A DNA stretch of 64,000 nt, taken from the sequence record SRR22947725_1140; one strand, written 5' to 3'. Positions 29,601-40,787 of this stretch are shown here, one piece after another. Under the pieces are notes generated by a model, which was not told where the DNA came from, did not search any database, and saw nothing but the letters and a program-made list of their open reading frames with translations. Each line of letters begins with the position of its first letter. Within the stretch, counting starts at the first letter, position 1. A program made the position numbers and the translations under genes.

Positions 29601-30746
29601 ATGAGTTTACTTGGTAATTGGAACTATCCAACTTCAATAAGGTTTGGATTAGGGAGAATAAACGAGCTTCCAGAAATATGTCAACAAGTTGGTATAAAAA
29701 AACCATTGTTAGTTACAGATAAAGGTCTTTCTGATTTACCTATAACTCAAAAAACGTTGGAAATTATGAAAGCCAATAATTTAAACCCCGGTTTTTTTAG
29801 TGAAGTCGATCCGAACCCAACTGAAGAGAATCTGTACGCTGGTGTAAGACAGTATATAAATGGAGGACACGATGGTGTTGTAGCCTTTGGAGGGGGGTCA
29901 GGGCTGGATTTAGGAAAAGTGGTTGCATTAATGGGTCGTCAGAAAAAATCTATTTGGGATTTTGAAGACTTTGATGAGTGGGGGAACCAAGCGGACGCAT
30001 CAAAAATTGCACCAATAATTGCTATTCCAACAACAGCAGGAACTGGTTCGGAGGTCGGTCGAGCCAGTATTATCACAAACTCAAAGACAAAAACTAAAAA
30101 AATTATTGCTCATCCAAAATTATTGCCGTCTGTTGTTATATGTGACCCAGAGCTAACGGTTAGTATGCCTAAATTTATTACATCTGGAACTGGACTGGAT
30201 GCATTCGCACATTGTGTGGAGGCCTTTTCTAGCCCTCATTACCACCCAATGGCACAAGGAATTGCATTAGAGGGAATGCGTCTTGTAAAAAATTATTTAC
30301 CACTGGCATACAAAGATGGTTCCGACCTTAGTGCGAGAGCAAATATGATGTGTGCGGCCGCTATGGGTGCTACTTCCTTTCAAAAAGGATTAGGCGCAAT
30401 CCACGCCCTAAGCCATCCTATCGGAGCTGTACATAACACACATCACGGCACAACAAATGCTATCTGTATGCCAGCCGTTCTTCAACTCAATGCTCCAGCA
30501 ATTAAAAGTCGTTTTGATTTGGTTGCCAACTATCTAGAAATTAAGGGTGGCTTCGAAGGTTTCTGTTCATTTGTTCAAGACCTTAATGATCATCTAGAAA
30601 TCCCAAGAAAGTTATCTGATATAGGTGTTATTAACCCAAATATCCCTGAGCTAGCCTCAATGGCTCTTTTAGATCCTAGCTGTAATGGAAATCCTATTAC
30701 GCTTACAAAAGAAAACACAATTGCATTATTTGAAGCTTGTATTTAA
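29601..30746 (+). CDS. Iron-containing alcohol dehydrogenase
   Basis: GGGSGLD, PTTAGTGSE, DAFAH, HALSH and HHG iron ligands. Confidence 0.93.
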   Translation: MSLLGNWNYPTSIRFGLGRINELPEICQQVGIKKPLLVTDKGLSDLPITQKTLEIMKANNLNPGFFSEVDPNPTEENLYAGVRQYINGGHDGVVAFGGGSGLDLGKVVALMGRQKKSIWDFEDFDEWGNQADASKIAPIIAIPTTAGTGSEVGRASIITNSKTKTKKIIAHPKLLPSVVICDPELTVSMPKFITSGTGLDAFAHCVEAFSSPHYHPMAQGIALEGMRLVKNYLPLAYKDGSDLSARANMMCAAAMGATSFQKGLGAIHALSHPIGAVHNTHHGTTNAICMPAVLQLNAPAIKSRFDLVANYLEIKGGFEGFCSFVQDLNDHLEIPRKLSDIGVINPNIPELASMALLDPSCNGNPITLTKENTIALFEACI

Positions 30747-30938
30747 CTAAATAACTTTACTTTGTCACACTACAAAAACAAAAATTAACGATTGGGACTC
30801 ATCAACTTAATTAACTATGCAAACCACAACTCAATTTCCTATTTTGTACAACATGTCGTCTGTAGGTGATCTACTTACAAGTTAATACTTTAAGGATTCT
30901 TAACTAATTAAATTTATTAAATAGAAAGCTTAAATGAA

Positions 30939-31790
30939 ATGTCTTCAAATCTGAAAGGCATCTGCCTAATACTTGTGACACTGGCATTATTTACCTCAAT
31001 GGATTCGGTAGCAAAGCATTTAGTACAAAACTACCCCCCAATTCAAGTCATTTGGGCAAGATACCTAAGTCAAACAGTAGTTAGTTTTATCTTACTATCT
31101 CCAGTTTTGTACCGCATACTAAGAACAAAAAATTTCAAACTACAGATTCTTAGATCTGCATTGTTATTCACCGCTACAGTTTGTTTTTTTACGAGCTTAA
31201 AAACATTAAAACTTGCTGATGTTAATGCCATTTTTCAAGTCTCCCCAATTTTTGTAACTATACTGTCTGTGCTAGTCCTAAAAGAAACTGTCGGCCATCG
31301 TCGGTGGCTAGGTGTAGCCTTTGGGCTAATAGGAGCTTTACTAATTATAGGCCCAGGAACTGGAGTATTTTCATATGCTGTTATTTTACCAATTATTTCA
31401 GCCCTAAGTTACGCAGCATACGTAATTTCAACGAGATATTTAAGCCAGGATGAATCCCCACTGACAAGTTTTGTTTACACAGCTTTATTAGGCTCCATTG
31501 CTGCTTCTGTATTAGTTGTTCCGTCTTGGACACCAATAGAGTCATCAGACCTATTTGTATTTTCCGTATTTGGTTTGTTGGGTGCTACAGGCCACTTTTT
31601 GTTGATACATGCTTATCGAATATCTGAAGCTTCATTCTTAGCTCCATTTAACTACATTGGAATACTTTATGGTAGTTTATGGGGGTTTTATTTTTTCAAT
31701 GAGGTACCCAGTTTAATTACAATTTTGGGTGGTTTAATAATTGTTTCGTCCGGTATCTATATCTGGTTAAGAGAACAGAAAAATAAATAG
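30939..31790 (+). CDS. DMT (EamA) family transporter
   Basis: About 10 TM segments; LKETVG.RRW and ASFLAPFNY. Confidence 0.88.
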   Translation: MSSNLKGICLILVTLALFTSMDSVAKHLVQNYPPIQVIWARYLSQTVVSFILLSPVLYRILRTKNFKLQILRSALLFTATVCFFTSLKTLKLADVNAIFQVSPIFVTILSVLVLKETVGHRRWLGVAFGLIGALLIIGPGTGVFSYAVILPIISALSYAAYVISTRYLSQDESPLTSFVYTALLGSIAASVLVVPSWTPIESSDLFVFSVFGLLGATGHFLLIHAYRISEASFLAPFNYIGILYGSLWGFYFFNEVPSLITILGGLIIVSSGIYIWLREQKNK

Positions 31791-31856
31791 AGGATTCAAA
31801 ATATCCTATTATTCAACAACATTTGTGGCCTAATGCTCATCAGGGCTTATAAATTC

Positions 31857-33014
31857 TTAACTGCCATTTTGAAGGTGCTTCCACGATGGTGATAGTAGCA
31901 ACCAAATAAAGCTTATAATAAAAAGACCCGATAAAACCGTGTGTAGTAACATGGGGGAAGTTACAACTAGTAAGAAACCTGTCGCTAATGGCCCTAACGC
32001 CGCGCCGACATCTCGCCACGCTTGATTTCTAGCTAGAAGTTCAAGCTTACTACGCGTTGCCAATAAAGAAACTGCAGCGGGGAAAAGTGTTCCCAACGCT
32101 CCTCTAGCCAAAATAATTAGAATAGAGCCTATAATTAAAGACCCCATACCAACTAAAAGAAAACCCAAAATCACTAAGATCAGAGCAAAAATTAAAGGTA
32201 CCTTCACACCAAAACTATCAGAAATAATGCCTGCCAACGGCGCACTAACCATCTCAACTAAGCGTCTCCCAGCTAAAAAAAACCCGCCCAACATTATAGC
32301 TGTCCCAGGATTAACAAAATCTAACCACATCAAAGAAATTGTTATAGTAAAAAGCCCATCAATTCCCAGGCCCATTAAAAAAATTGAGAGATCAAAACTA
32401 TTAGGTGAAAAAAGTAGGTTATATTTTGTTTTTGTTCTTGGAGTTTTTATCTTTCGTAAAGGACTTTTAAGAGCCAAAGCAAAAGGTATGCATAGCAATG
32501 ATATGCCAGCTAAATATAAGAAAACATCTTTAGCACCCACTTTGCTGGCAAGCCAAGTTCCTGCAGTCAACGCGAGTAACGGCCCCACTTGCTCTACAGC
32601 TCTACTTAACCCAACTCGGGTGGCGGTTTTACTACTATCCTCAACAGCGTAAGCTAAAGTCACTAATAACAACCCAGCATAAGACAAACCCCAAATAACA
32701 CGCGAAATTATAAGCGCAGTAGGGCCGCTCAATAATCCGTATCCAGCAGTTGAAATTATAGCCATAACAGCTGAAACTAAGCATAAGTTTCGAAGTCCAA
32801 TTGTTTCTGCTAATTGTACTATCCACCCATAAGTGAAAGTACGTATTATACGATTAACCGCTAATAGAACTCCAACCCACACCATGCTTACCCCAAAGAG
32901 GTAAGCATTTACAGGTAACACTACGTATAATAGCGCATCTCCTAGTAAAGACATTGATAACACTGATGATGAAAGCCATAGGTTTTTCCAGCTTGACTTT
33001 TGGGAAGCTAACAT
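31857..33014 (-). CDS. MFS transporter
   Basis: About 12 TM segments; GDALLYVVLP, AGIISDSFG and WRDVGAALGP. Confidence 0.85.
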   Translation of the reverse strand: MLASQKSSWKNLWLSSSVLSMSLLGDALLYVVLPVNAYLFGVSMVWVGVLLAVNRIIRTFTYGWIVQLAETIGLRNLCLVSAVMAIISTAGYGLLSGPTALIISRVIWGLSYAGLLLVTLAYAVEDSSKTATRVGLSRAVEQVGPLLALTAGTWLASKVGAKDVFLYLAGISLLCIPFALALKSPLRKIKTPRTKTKYNLLFSPNSFDLSIFLMGLGIDGLFTITISLMWLDFVNPGTAIMLGGFFLAGRRLVEMVSAPLAGIISDSFGVKVPLIFALILVILGFLLVGMGSLIIGSILIILARGALGTLFPAAVSLLATRSKLELLARNQAWRDVGAALGPLATGFLLVVTSPMLLHTVLSGLFIISFIWLLLSPSWKHLQNGS

Positions 33015-33111
33015 CGAACAGAGTTCCTGATAATTATACGGGAGTAAATTTAAAGTAGAATTTAAATGCTACTTGATTATTAAAGGTTATACTACGGGCA
33101 TTATTTTTTAT

Positions 33112-34533
33112 TTACTTCATGTTTGGGGGGGTAGTAATATTTATATCACCTTCGTCAAAATCATCACTCTCCAGAAATAAATCCACTGAGGCGGGTAATT
33201 TAAAATTATTTTCTATGGGCATCTCCTGCCAGCTAAGAGTATCTAGACTAGAGCAATTTGCACAAACAGAGGCCCAGTGCACATGGACCTGAGAACAGTT
33301 TTCGCAAACCCATTGAGACCCTCTAGATGCCTTTAAAGCCTCATTTAACAAACCTCTAACGAACTCATCATCTTCTCCCTCACCCTTACTAATAGCAGCC
33401 CTTATCGTGAATAAGCGGGCGGTTGGAACAGTTTGTACGATATCACTAATTATTAATCGGGCAGCATCAAAATCTTCTGATGAAACATACAATTCTGCGA
33501 GAAACAATTTTGTTTCGTTATGGTTAGCTTGCACACGTGACAAAGCTTTAAAGCTCTTTATTCGATAAGTGTGGTCTTCTTTTTCTGTTACCTCCAAAAA
33601 TACTGTAGCTAAATCAGGATGAGGTCTGACTTCCCAAGCCTTTTTTAAAACACGTAACGCATTTTTTACCTTACCTCCTTCCATATAGCTTCTAGCAGCC
33701 ATCGTTGCCGCAGGAATTAGGTCTGGGGAGAGCCTGTTTGCCTCAATCGCTGCCTCTCGAGCTTCAATATTCTTACCTTCAGCTAAAATACTTTTTGCCT
33801 CAGAGAGTGCTAACACCGCATCACGGCGACGATGTACGTCACGAGGTAAAGTTCCATACTTTAATTTGGCACTCAAAGTCCTTCGTGCTCCAGACCAGTC
33901 TTCTTTTTTTGCCTGGAGGTTTAGTAAAAAATCTTGGGTTTTCTCATGTTTTGGCTTTAACGAAAATGCTCTTTCAGCCAACTTTAAAGCTAAATCAGTA
34001 TCCCCTTCTGAAAGTTTCTGCTTCATAATGCCAATAACCCCAACAAAACGGGTCCGGTCATCTTTTAATAGTTTTTTATAAAACTCATATGCTTTTGGCT
34101 TATCGTTTAATGCTTCCGCAGCTTGAGCAGTGATTAAATTTGTTAACTCTGGGCGTTTTAAGTATTTTTCAGCTCTGGCAGCTTTTGTTACAGCTAATTT
34201 GCTCTCGCCTGAAGCCAAGGCGACCATCCCGTCAGCTAAAGCTTCGAACCCCTTACGTTCTCTATTTTTATAAAAAAACCTTGAAACAGCAGTTTCATCA
34301 CCACTAACAAAACTAAAGATAGCATTTATAAGTCCAAAAAGTTTTAATAAAATCCAAAAAACAAAAAATATTACTGTAAATACTAGTAACACTATCAATG
34401 GGCTCATAGTAAATTCGAAATCGAACATGGATAACCTTATGAAACCACTACTCTGAAATAGTTCCCCAACTCCGATAGCGATGGCCGCTACTATAATAAA
34501 AAATCCAAATATCTTTATTAGATACAAAAGCAT
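33112..34533 (-). CDS. hemY: HemY-like TPR membrane protein (alphaproteobacterial heme biosynthesis-associated)
   Basis: Two N-terminal TMs, GDETAVSRFF, GFEALADGMVALASGE, TPR-like helices and a C-terminal WVCENC...CANC Zn knuckle; located after hemD-mic60. Confidence 0.85.
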   Translation of the reverse strand: MLLYLIKIFGFFIIVAAIAIGVGELFQSSGFIRLSMFDFEFTMSPLIVLLVFTVIFFVFWILLKLFGLINAIFSFVSGDETAVSRFFYKNRERKGFEALADGMVALASGESKLAVTKAARAEKYLKRPELTNLITAQAAEALNDKPKAYEFYKKLLKDDRTRFVGVIGIMKQKLSEGDTDLALKLAERAFSLKPKHEKTQDFLLNLQAKKEDWSGARRTLSAKLKYGTLPRDVHRRRDAVLALSEAKSILAEGKNIEAREAAIEANRLSPDLIPAATMAARSYMEGGKVKNALRVLKKAWEVRPHPDLATVFLEVTEKEDHTYRIKSFKALSRVQANHNETKLFLAELYVSSEDFDAARLIISDIVQTVPTARLFTIRAAISKGEGEDDEFVRGLLNEALKASRGSQWVCENCSQVHVHWASVCANCSSLDTLSWQEMPIENNFKLPASVDLFLESDDFDEGDINITTPPNMK

Positions 34534-34536
34534 TAT

Positions 34537-35622
34537 TTATCCTTGTTCTTCACTTAAAAAAATACTTATTTCAGTGATGGCCTTATCTACTAAAATCCAG
34601 TTTGTAGCCTGCTCTATCCACTCAGTTAAAGTTTCAAGCCCAGGTGTAGGTAAAGAATTTATTTGTTTCAACGCGTCTTCAAGCCTATCTTCCTTAATTA
34701 GTGCCTCCACTCTAGATAAAATTGCATCTGGGTCACTACCCTCTCGTGGCACAAGAGACCTTGTACCAAGTTTTTCTTTTAATAATGAAATGAGCCTTTT
34801 TTTTGTATCTACTTCTAAGGTATTTTTATGAATAGCTCGTAGGGAGTTTCTTGCAAGTTGTGGGAATACCCTTTTTAGCTCAGTTAGTGGCGTCACCCCT
34901 ATAGGTGCTATTATCTGTAATTCTTCAGTTAGTTTGCTGTTATAAAAAAAATTAACCATTAAATCTTCAAATGGCATACCCTTTTGCACCCGATCTCTAA
35001 TTTCTAAGAGCTTGACCTTAAAAGCTGTCTCTTCTTCTAATTTTTTTATTCTATTAGATTCTTTTTCTGATGAACTAACTCTACTCTCAATATCTGCAGA
35101 CAATAATTGAAGTCTTTTCTCTAGTTTCCTAAGTACGTTAGTATTTTTAATTATAGAAATTTCATCAACATTTGATATAGTCGGCTGTTCATTTATCGAA
35201 TTTGAAATAGAAATAATTTGTTTAGATAAAGATGCAAACATCTCTTTATTAAATATTTTATTTTCTGAGAGTGCCGTATCTGTATCTTCAAATTCTTTAC
35301 CAATAGAAAGTATTTTTGAATTGAGAGCCATATTTTCAAGTTTTTGCTCCTTTAATTCAACTTGAAGTGTCTTAACTATACTTTTTAATTCACTGACCTC
35401 GTCATTAATAATTGCAGCCCTAGGGGCACGTTCCACATAATAGAAAACCGAGGATATACAAATCATAAAAAAAATAACTGTCACAATTATGACAAATTGA
35501 AATTTGTTTTTCCCGGGCTTTCGTACCCTATTGTCAATCTCATCTGGACCAATACTGATCAGATCTTCAGCCTCAATTATTGGGACCTCTTCTGGATTAT
35601 TATGTTTATTTTTTTTAACCAA
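34537..35622 (-). CDS. COG4223 / mitofilin (alphaMic60)-like inner membrane protein
   Basis: Single TM, long coiled coil and C-terminal RSLVPREGSDPDAILSR; lies between hemD and hemY. TTG start. Confidence 0.8.
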   Translation of the reverse strand: MVKKNKHNNPEEVPIIEAEDLISIGPDEIDNRVRKPGKNKFQFVIIVTVIFFMICISSVFYYVERAPRAAIINDEVSELKSIVKTLQVELKEQKLENMALNSKILSIGKEFEDTDTALSENKIFNKEMFASLSKQIISISNSINEQPTISNVDEISIIKNTNVLRKLEKRLQLLSADIESRVSSSEKESNRIKKLEEETAFKVKLLEIRDRVQKGMPFEDLMVNFFYNSKLTEELQIIAPIGVTPLTELKRVFPQLARNSLRAIHKNTLEVDTKKRLISLLKEKLGTRSLVPREGSDPDAILSRVEALIKEDRLEDALKQINSLPTPGLETLTEWIEQATNWILVDKAITEISIFLSEEQG

Positions 35623-35734
35623 AACTTTCTCAAGACCCCGTTTTATATTTTGTTAAAGTAGTATTTGTGATAAACATATTCTGACTTCAACAAGTTTCAA
35701 CATAAGATACTGTAGTTCGCACAAAAAATATAGC

Positions 35735-36436
35735 TTAAGAGTTTTGGAAGAACTCTTGAACTAGGTTAATAAGACTTTCCAAGTCTGGTCGTGGGCTAAT
35801 TAAAACTTTTTCAAAATCATCATCCCTAATTTTATTTGCTATAGCGGAGCTCAAACAGATCGCCATTCTTGAAGACTTCATCGAACTTTTAAATTGCCGG
35901 GATAAAATTTCATAGCTTCTTTCAGAGAAAATAGGAACCAAAACAGGTCTCACATCTGACAGAAATTGAATTGCGTCTGGAAGCAGTTTCCTTGGTATCT
36001 GATCATAAATTATTTGAGATACTATGGTAATTTTACTTTCTTCAAACGCCATTTCCAGATTGTTGGAAATATGTTTACCACAAAGGTATAGCAAAGTCTT
36101 TTCTGAATCATTTTCTACCAGCCAAGTTTTTAAATCTCCTACATCTTTTTCAGTATGAGAAACTGACAAGCCACTCCTTCTAGCAACCTCAGATGTGTAA
36201 GCCCCTACACAATACACTTTTTTATCAGTTTTTTTGTTTAAATGCGCAAATGCCTTTACACCACTTTCAGAAGTAAAAATTAGTCCATCAAAAGGTTTTA
36301 AATTTATTTCAACTCTAAAGAATTTTATTTCTAGAACTGGGGAGATACAAATTTCCAAACTCTCTCCAAATTGTTTATCAAGAGCCTTAGCAAAACGCCT
36401 AGATTGTTGTAAGGGACGTGTAATCAAAATCTTCAT
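35735..36436 (-). CDS. hemD: Uroporphyrinogen-III synthase
   Basis: ILITRP, IFTSESGV, YCVG..T, IYDQ and FSERS. Confidence 0.88.
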   Translation of the reverse strand: MKILITRPLQQSRRFAKALDKQFGESLEICISPVLEIKFFRVEINLKPFDGLIFTSESGVKAFAHLNKKTDKKVYCVGAYTSEVARRSGLSVSHTEKDVGDLKTWLVENDSEKTLLYLCGKHISNNLEMAFEESKITIVSQIIYDQIPRKLLPDAIQFLSDVRPVLVPIFSERSYEILSRQFKSSMKSSRMAICLSSAIANKIRDDDFEKVLISPRPDLESLINLVQEFFQNS

Positions 36437-36513
36437 TAAAGGTACTTATAGATTGTGAGAAACATATCTCAATGATACCTCTGTAATTAAGCTTAAGCAA
36501 CAGCGTGAAATAA

Positions 36514-37611
36514 ATGGCCAAAACTATAACTATTTTAGGAATTGAAAGTAGCTGTGATGACACAGCAGCTGCCGTTGTCCAATTGATAGATGAAACCAAG
36601 GCAAATATTCTTTCTACAAAAATCTTTGGTCAAGAGGAACTTCATAAGAAATTTGGAGGGGTAGTCCCAGAAATCGCTGCCCGAGCTCATACAGAAAAAT
36701 TAGATTATGTCATTGAAGATGCCCTTGAAGAGGCAGAATTCGATTTAAACAGTATCGATGCTATTGCTGTAACAGCAGGCCCAGGACTTATTGGAGGGGT
36801 TATGTCAGGGGTTATGTACGCCAAGGGACTTTCTATAGGTTCAAAAAAACCCCTTATAGGAATTAACCATCTAGCCGGGCATGCTCTAACCCCACGACTG
36901 ACTAATCAGATCGAATTTCCATATTTAATGTTACTTATATCTGGTGGTCACTGCCAGTTTTTAATAGTTCATGGTCCAACACAGTTTACCCGAATTGGTG
37001 CGAGCATTGATGATGCTCCAGGCGAGGCATTTGACAAAGTCGCTAGGTTAATTTCATTACCTCAACCTGGGGGACCCAGTATCGAGGCCTTAGCAAAATT
37101 AGGCAACAGTATGCGATTTAATTTTCCACGCCCACTTATTGGTAGAGATGGGTGCAACATGTCATTTTCTGGTTTAAAAACTTCTGTCTTACGAGCTAGA
37201 GATAATCTGATAGAAGAGCAAGGCGGGCTATATACTGTAGACCAATCAGATATCAGCGCCTCTTTTCAGGAAGCTGTAAGTGAAATATTAACAAAGAAAA
37301 CTGCGGTAGCACTGGAAATGTATTTGGCAATAAATCCTGATAGTCCAACTATTTCGGTAGCTGGTGGTGTGGCTTCTAATAACTTAATAAGGGATAATTT
37401 AAAAAAATTAGCTATGAAGTGTGGAGTAACCTTTATTGCACCACCAATAAACCTGTGTACTGATAATGCTGCAATGATTGCATGGGCAGGAATAGAGTAC
37501 TATAGGCTTGGGGTAAGAGACGATATGTCTCTTGGAGCTCGCCCACGCTGGCCTCTAGATGAATCCGCACCTGCTCTAATTGGGCACGGAAAAAAAGGTA
37601 GAAAGGCATGA
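36514..37611 (+). CDS. tsaD: tRNA N6-threonylcarbamoyladenosine synthase subunit
   Basis: [44 protein letters not shown] and CTDNAAMIA. Confidence 0.97.
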   Translation: MAKTITILGIESSCDDTAAAVVQLIDETKANILSTKIFGQEELHKKFGGVVPEIAARAHTEKLDYVIEDALEEAEFDLNSIDAIAVTAGPGLIGGVMSGVMYAKGLSIGSKKPLIGINHLAGHALTPRLTNQIEFPYLMLLISGGHCQFLIVHGPTQFTRIGASIDDAPGEAFDKVARLISLPQPGGPSIEALAKLGNSMRFNFPRPLIGRDGCNMSFSGLKTSVLRARDNLIEEQGGLYTVDQSDISASFQEAVSEILTKKTAVALEMYLAINPDSPTISVAGGVASNNLIRDNLKKLAMKCGVTFIAPPINLCTDNAAMIAWAGIEYYRLGVRDDMSLGARPRWPLDESAPALIGHGKKGRKA

Positions 37612-38555
37612 CACGTATTTTCATAAGTGGCGCAGGGGCCTTCGGTACAGCTTTAGCACTCGTATTTCATAAAGCTGGTAAAGATGTCACTCTAATCAGC
37701 CGCAACTCTACCGAATTAGTTAAAAATCGTACCACAGACTATCTGCCTGGGGTTTCTCTTCCAAAATCTTTGAAGATTAGTAATAGCACAACTTCTCTTA
37801 GTGGGGGTGATGTACTTATACTAGCTATCCCTATGCAGAATTTAACTAAATATTTAGAGAATCTGCATCAAAAACCAAAGGTAGCTATAGCATGCTGTAA
37901 AGGTATAGATTTGAACACAAAAGCTGGACCAACAGAGGTTATAAGGAATACAATTGGCGGTTCTTCAGCAATTTTAACAGGGCCAAGCTTTGCTTCTGAT
38001 ATTGCAATGGGCCTACCAACTGGCCTAACTATCGCGACTGAAAACAAACAAATAGGAACCGAACTACAGAAAACTTTATCTACCGATTCAATTAGGCTTT
38101 ACTTGTCATCAGACCCTATTGGTGCCGAGTTAGGTGGCGCTTTAAAAAATGTAATAGCTATAGCTTGCGGTTTGTGCATTGGCGCCGGCTTTGGAGACAG
38201 TGCGCGATCAGCCCTTTTAACAAGAGGTTTCGCAGAGATTGTGAAACTTGCAACGACTCTTGGCGCAAAACAAGAAACACTTTATGGACTCTCCGGTATT
38301 GGAGATTTAGTTCTAACTTGCACTTCCCCTCAATCAAGAAATTTTTCTTATGGTTTTTCTATTGGGGCGAACCTCGGCACTAAAGTTAGCTCTACTGTAG
38401 AAGGCATAGCAACAGCTCGGGCTGTATTAAAACTATCAATAAAACATAACATAGATATGCCAATTACAAAAGGAGTTGTCGACATCATTGATGGTTCCAA
38501 ATCCGTGAGTGTGGTATTAAGTAATTTACTGGAGAGGCCACTAACGAAAGAGTAA
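37608..38555 (+). CDS. gpsA: NAD(P)H-dependent glycerol-3-phosphate dehydrogenase
   Basis: [32 protein letters not shown] and GDLVLTC..SRN. Confidence 0.96.
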   Translation: MTRIFISGAGAFGTALALVFHKAGKDVTLISRNSTELVKNRTTDYLPGVSLPKSLKISNSTTSLSGGDVLILAIPMQNLTKYLENLHQKPKVAIACCKGIDLNTKAGPTEVIRNTIGGSSAILTGPSFASDIAMGLPTGLTIATENKQIGTELQKTLSTDSIRLYLSSDPIGAELGGALKNVIAIACGLCIGAGFGDSARSALLTRGFAEIVKLATTLGAKQETLYGLSGIGDLVLTCTSPQSRNFSYGFSIGANLGTKVSSTVEGIATARAVLKLSIKHNIDMPITKGVVDIIDGSKSVSVVLSNLLERPLTKE

Positions 38556-38654
38556 CAAAATTACTCTGTGATTAAATCAAACAATATAGAATTCAGTATT
38601 AATACCGATATTGGCTTTCTAAGATCAAGCCAAAGGCTGACAACCAAAGTCAGT
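38549..38654. terminator. Cluster of short inverted repeats between convergent gpsA and ahcY
   Basis: AGAGTAA/TTACTCT (38549-38567), GTATTAATAC (38596-38605), TTGGCTT/AAGCCAA (38611-38633) and CTGAC/GTCAG (38637-38653). Confidence 0.35.
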
Positions 38655-38692
38655 ACAGGAAAATTTAAGATCAGTAGCGAAATTATTAACCT

Positions 38693-40087
38693 TTAGTAGC
38701 GATAATGCTCTGCTTTAAACGGCCCATCTTTTCCTACACCAATATAGTCTGCTTGATCATCCTGCAGTTTTGTAAGCTTAACTCCAATTTTGTCCAAATG
38801 AAGACGTGCCACTTTTTCGTCTAATTTCTTAGGTAAGATATATACGTCATTTTTATAGTTAGACCCTTGTGTCCACAGTTCAATTTGAGCCAAAACTTGA
38901 TTTGTGAACGATGCAGACATCACAAATGATGGGTGTCCCGTGGCATTGCCAAGGTTAAGTAGCCTTCCCTCTGAAAGTAAAATAATTCTAGAACCCGAAG
39001 GCATTTCTATCATATCTACTTGGTCTTTTATATTTGTCCATTTATGATTTTTTAGAGCTGCAACTTGAATTTCATTATCAAAATGGCCAATATTCCCAAC
39101 AATCGCCATATCTTTCATTTCACGTAGATGCTCAATTCTAATTACATCTCTATTACCGGTAGTTGTAATAAAGATATCTGCCTTTGAAATCTCTTCTTCT
39201 AATAGAACCACTTCAAAGCCATCCATTGCGGCCTGTAGTGCACATATTGGGTCAACTTCTGTAACTTTAACCCTCGCACCCGCACCTTTAAGTGACGCCG
39301 CAGATCCTTTACCAACATCCCCATACCCACACACAACAGCAACTTTTCCTGCCATCATTGTATCTGTTGCTCGTCTAATTCCATCCACTAAGCTCTCTTT
39401 ACAGCCATATTTGTTGTCAAATTTAGATTTTGTGACTGAATCATTAACGTTAATTGCTGGAAAAGGCAGTAAACCCTCTTTAACTAGCTCGTATAGCCTA
39501 TGAACACCTGTTGTAGTTTCCTCTGAGACACCTTTAATTGCATCACGTTGCTTCGCAAACCATCCTGGATTCTTTGAAATCCTTGACCTAATTTGAGCAA
39601 AGAGGGCTTCCTCTTCTTCTGATTTTGGTATAGAAATTAACTCTTCTTCACCGGCTTCAACTCTAGCACCTAACAAAATATACAGTGTAGCATCTCCACC
39701 ATCATCCAAAATCAGATTACAAGTTCCTTCATCAAAATCAAATATTTTGTCAGCATAATCCCAGTATTCTGGTAATGTCTCTCCTTTTATGGCAAAGACT
39801 GGTGTCCCACCCTCTGCTATGGCTGCTGCAGCATGGTCCTGCGTAGAAAAAACATTGCAAGATGCCCACCTAACTGTTGCACCTAGTTCTACAAGTGTTT
39901 CTATTAAAACTGCAGTTTGAATTGTCATATGAAGCGAGCCTGCTATTCGCGCTCCCTTAAGAGGTTCTGAACCTTTATATTCTTCACGCAGCGCCATTAA
40001 ACCTGGCATTTCTGTTTCAGCAATTACTAATTCTTTCCTACCAAAACTGGCCAGTGAGATGTCTTTTACAATATAGTCATGATTCAT
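38693..40087 (-). CDS. ahcY: S-adenosylhomocysteine hydrolase
   Basis: [51 protein letters not shown] and [14 protein letters not shown] 40087 follows AAGGA. Confidence 0.98.
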   Translation of the reverse strand: MNHDYIVKDISLASFGRKELVIAETEMPGLMALREEYKGSEPLKGARIAGSLHMTIQTAVLIETLVELGATVRWASCNVFSTQDHAAAAIAEGGTPVFAIKGETLPEYWDYADKIFDFDEGTCNLILDDGGDATLYILLGARVEAGEEELISIPKSEEEEALFAQIRSRISKNPGWFAKQRDAIKGVSEETTTGVHRLYELVKEGLLPFPAINVNDSVTKSKFDNKYGCKESLVDGIRRATDTMMAGKVAVVCGYGDVGKGSAASLKGAGARVKVTEVDPICALQAAMDGFEVVLLEEEISKADIFITTTGNRDVIRIEHLREMKDMAIVGNIGHFDNEIQVAALKNHKWTNIKDQVDMIEMPSGSRIILLSEGRLLNLGNATGHPSFVMSASFTNQVLAQIELWTQGSNYKNDVYILPKKLDEKVARLHLDKIGVKLTKLQDDQADYIGVGKDGPFKAEHYRY

Positions 40088-40190
40088 TACGTAATCCTTT
40101 TTAGGTTTGAAAAATCGATTAACAGTTGCTAAAGGAATCTGCAATCTTGATTATTAATAAATATTCTATTTTTCTTTACTAGGAAGCTTT

Positions 40191-40787
40191 ATGAAAACAC
40201 AACGCGCATGGCAACGAATGCTCTCAGGTAGAAGGTTAGATCTCCTTGACCCATCACCCATGGATATTGAAATTGAAGATATTGCTCATGGACTTTCTTT
40301 TGTCGCTCGGTGGAATGGTCAAACAGAAGGTGATTTTTCTTACTCCGTTGCAGAGCATTCCTTACTGGTCGAAAAAATATTTTTTAAGCTAAACCCAAAG
40401 GTATCAAACAAGTGGAAGTTAGCTGCACTGCTTCACGATGCCCCTGAATACGTAATTGGAGATATGATTTCGCCAGTGAAAGCTGCTATTGGTCCAACTT
40501 ATGCCCAGCTAGAAGACAAGCTTATAGAAGCTATACACATCAGGTTTGGTTTACCAGCAAAGGTCCCTTCAAATATAAAACTTCAGATAAAAAAAGCAGA
40601 TAAAATATCTGCTTGGCTGGAAGCAACACTAATCGCAGGCTTTAGTATAGATGAAGCAAACAAATTTTTTGGGGTTCCACCTGATGAGTTTTTTAACTAT
40701 CAAGAATTAGTTTTGAAACAACCTATGATCGTTAAATCTAAATTTATTGAAAAATTTGAAGCATTATTACAGTCAATAATTATCTAG
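40191..40787 (+). CDS. HD-domain hydrolase (YfbR-like 5'-deoxynucleotidase)
   Basis: AWQRMLSGRRLDLLDP, SVAEH, LLHDAPEYVIGD and KKAD; conserved neighbour of ahcY and regA. Confidence 0.88.
   Translation: MKTQRAWQRMLSGRRLDLLDPSPMDIEIEDIAHGLSFVARWNGQTEGDFSYSVAEHSLLVEKIFFKLNPKVSNKWKLAALLHDAPEYVIGDMISPVKAAIGPTYAQLEDKLIEAIHIRFGLPAKVPSNIKLQIKKADKISAWLEATLIAGFSIDEANKFFGVPPDEFFNYQELVLKQPMIVKSKFIEKFEALLQSIII

Noticed and set aside
40088..40190. Possible SAH or SAM/SAH riboswitch upstream of ahcY
   Set aside because: The spacer is short and AT-rich, is shared with a divergent gene, and lacks the conserved GC-rich aptamer motifs.
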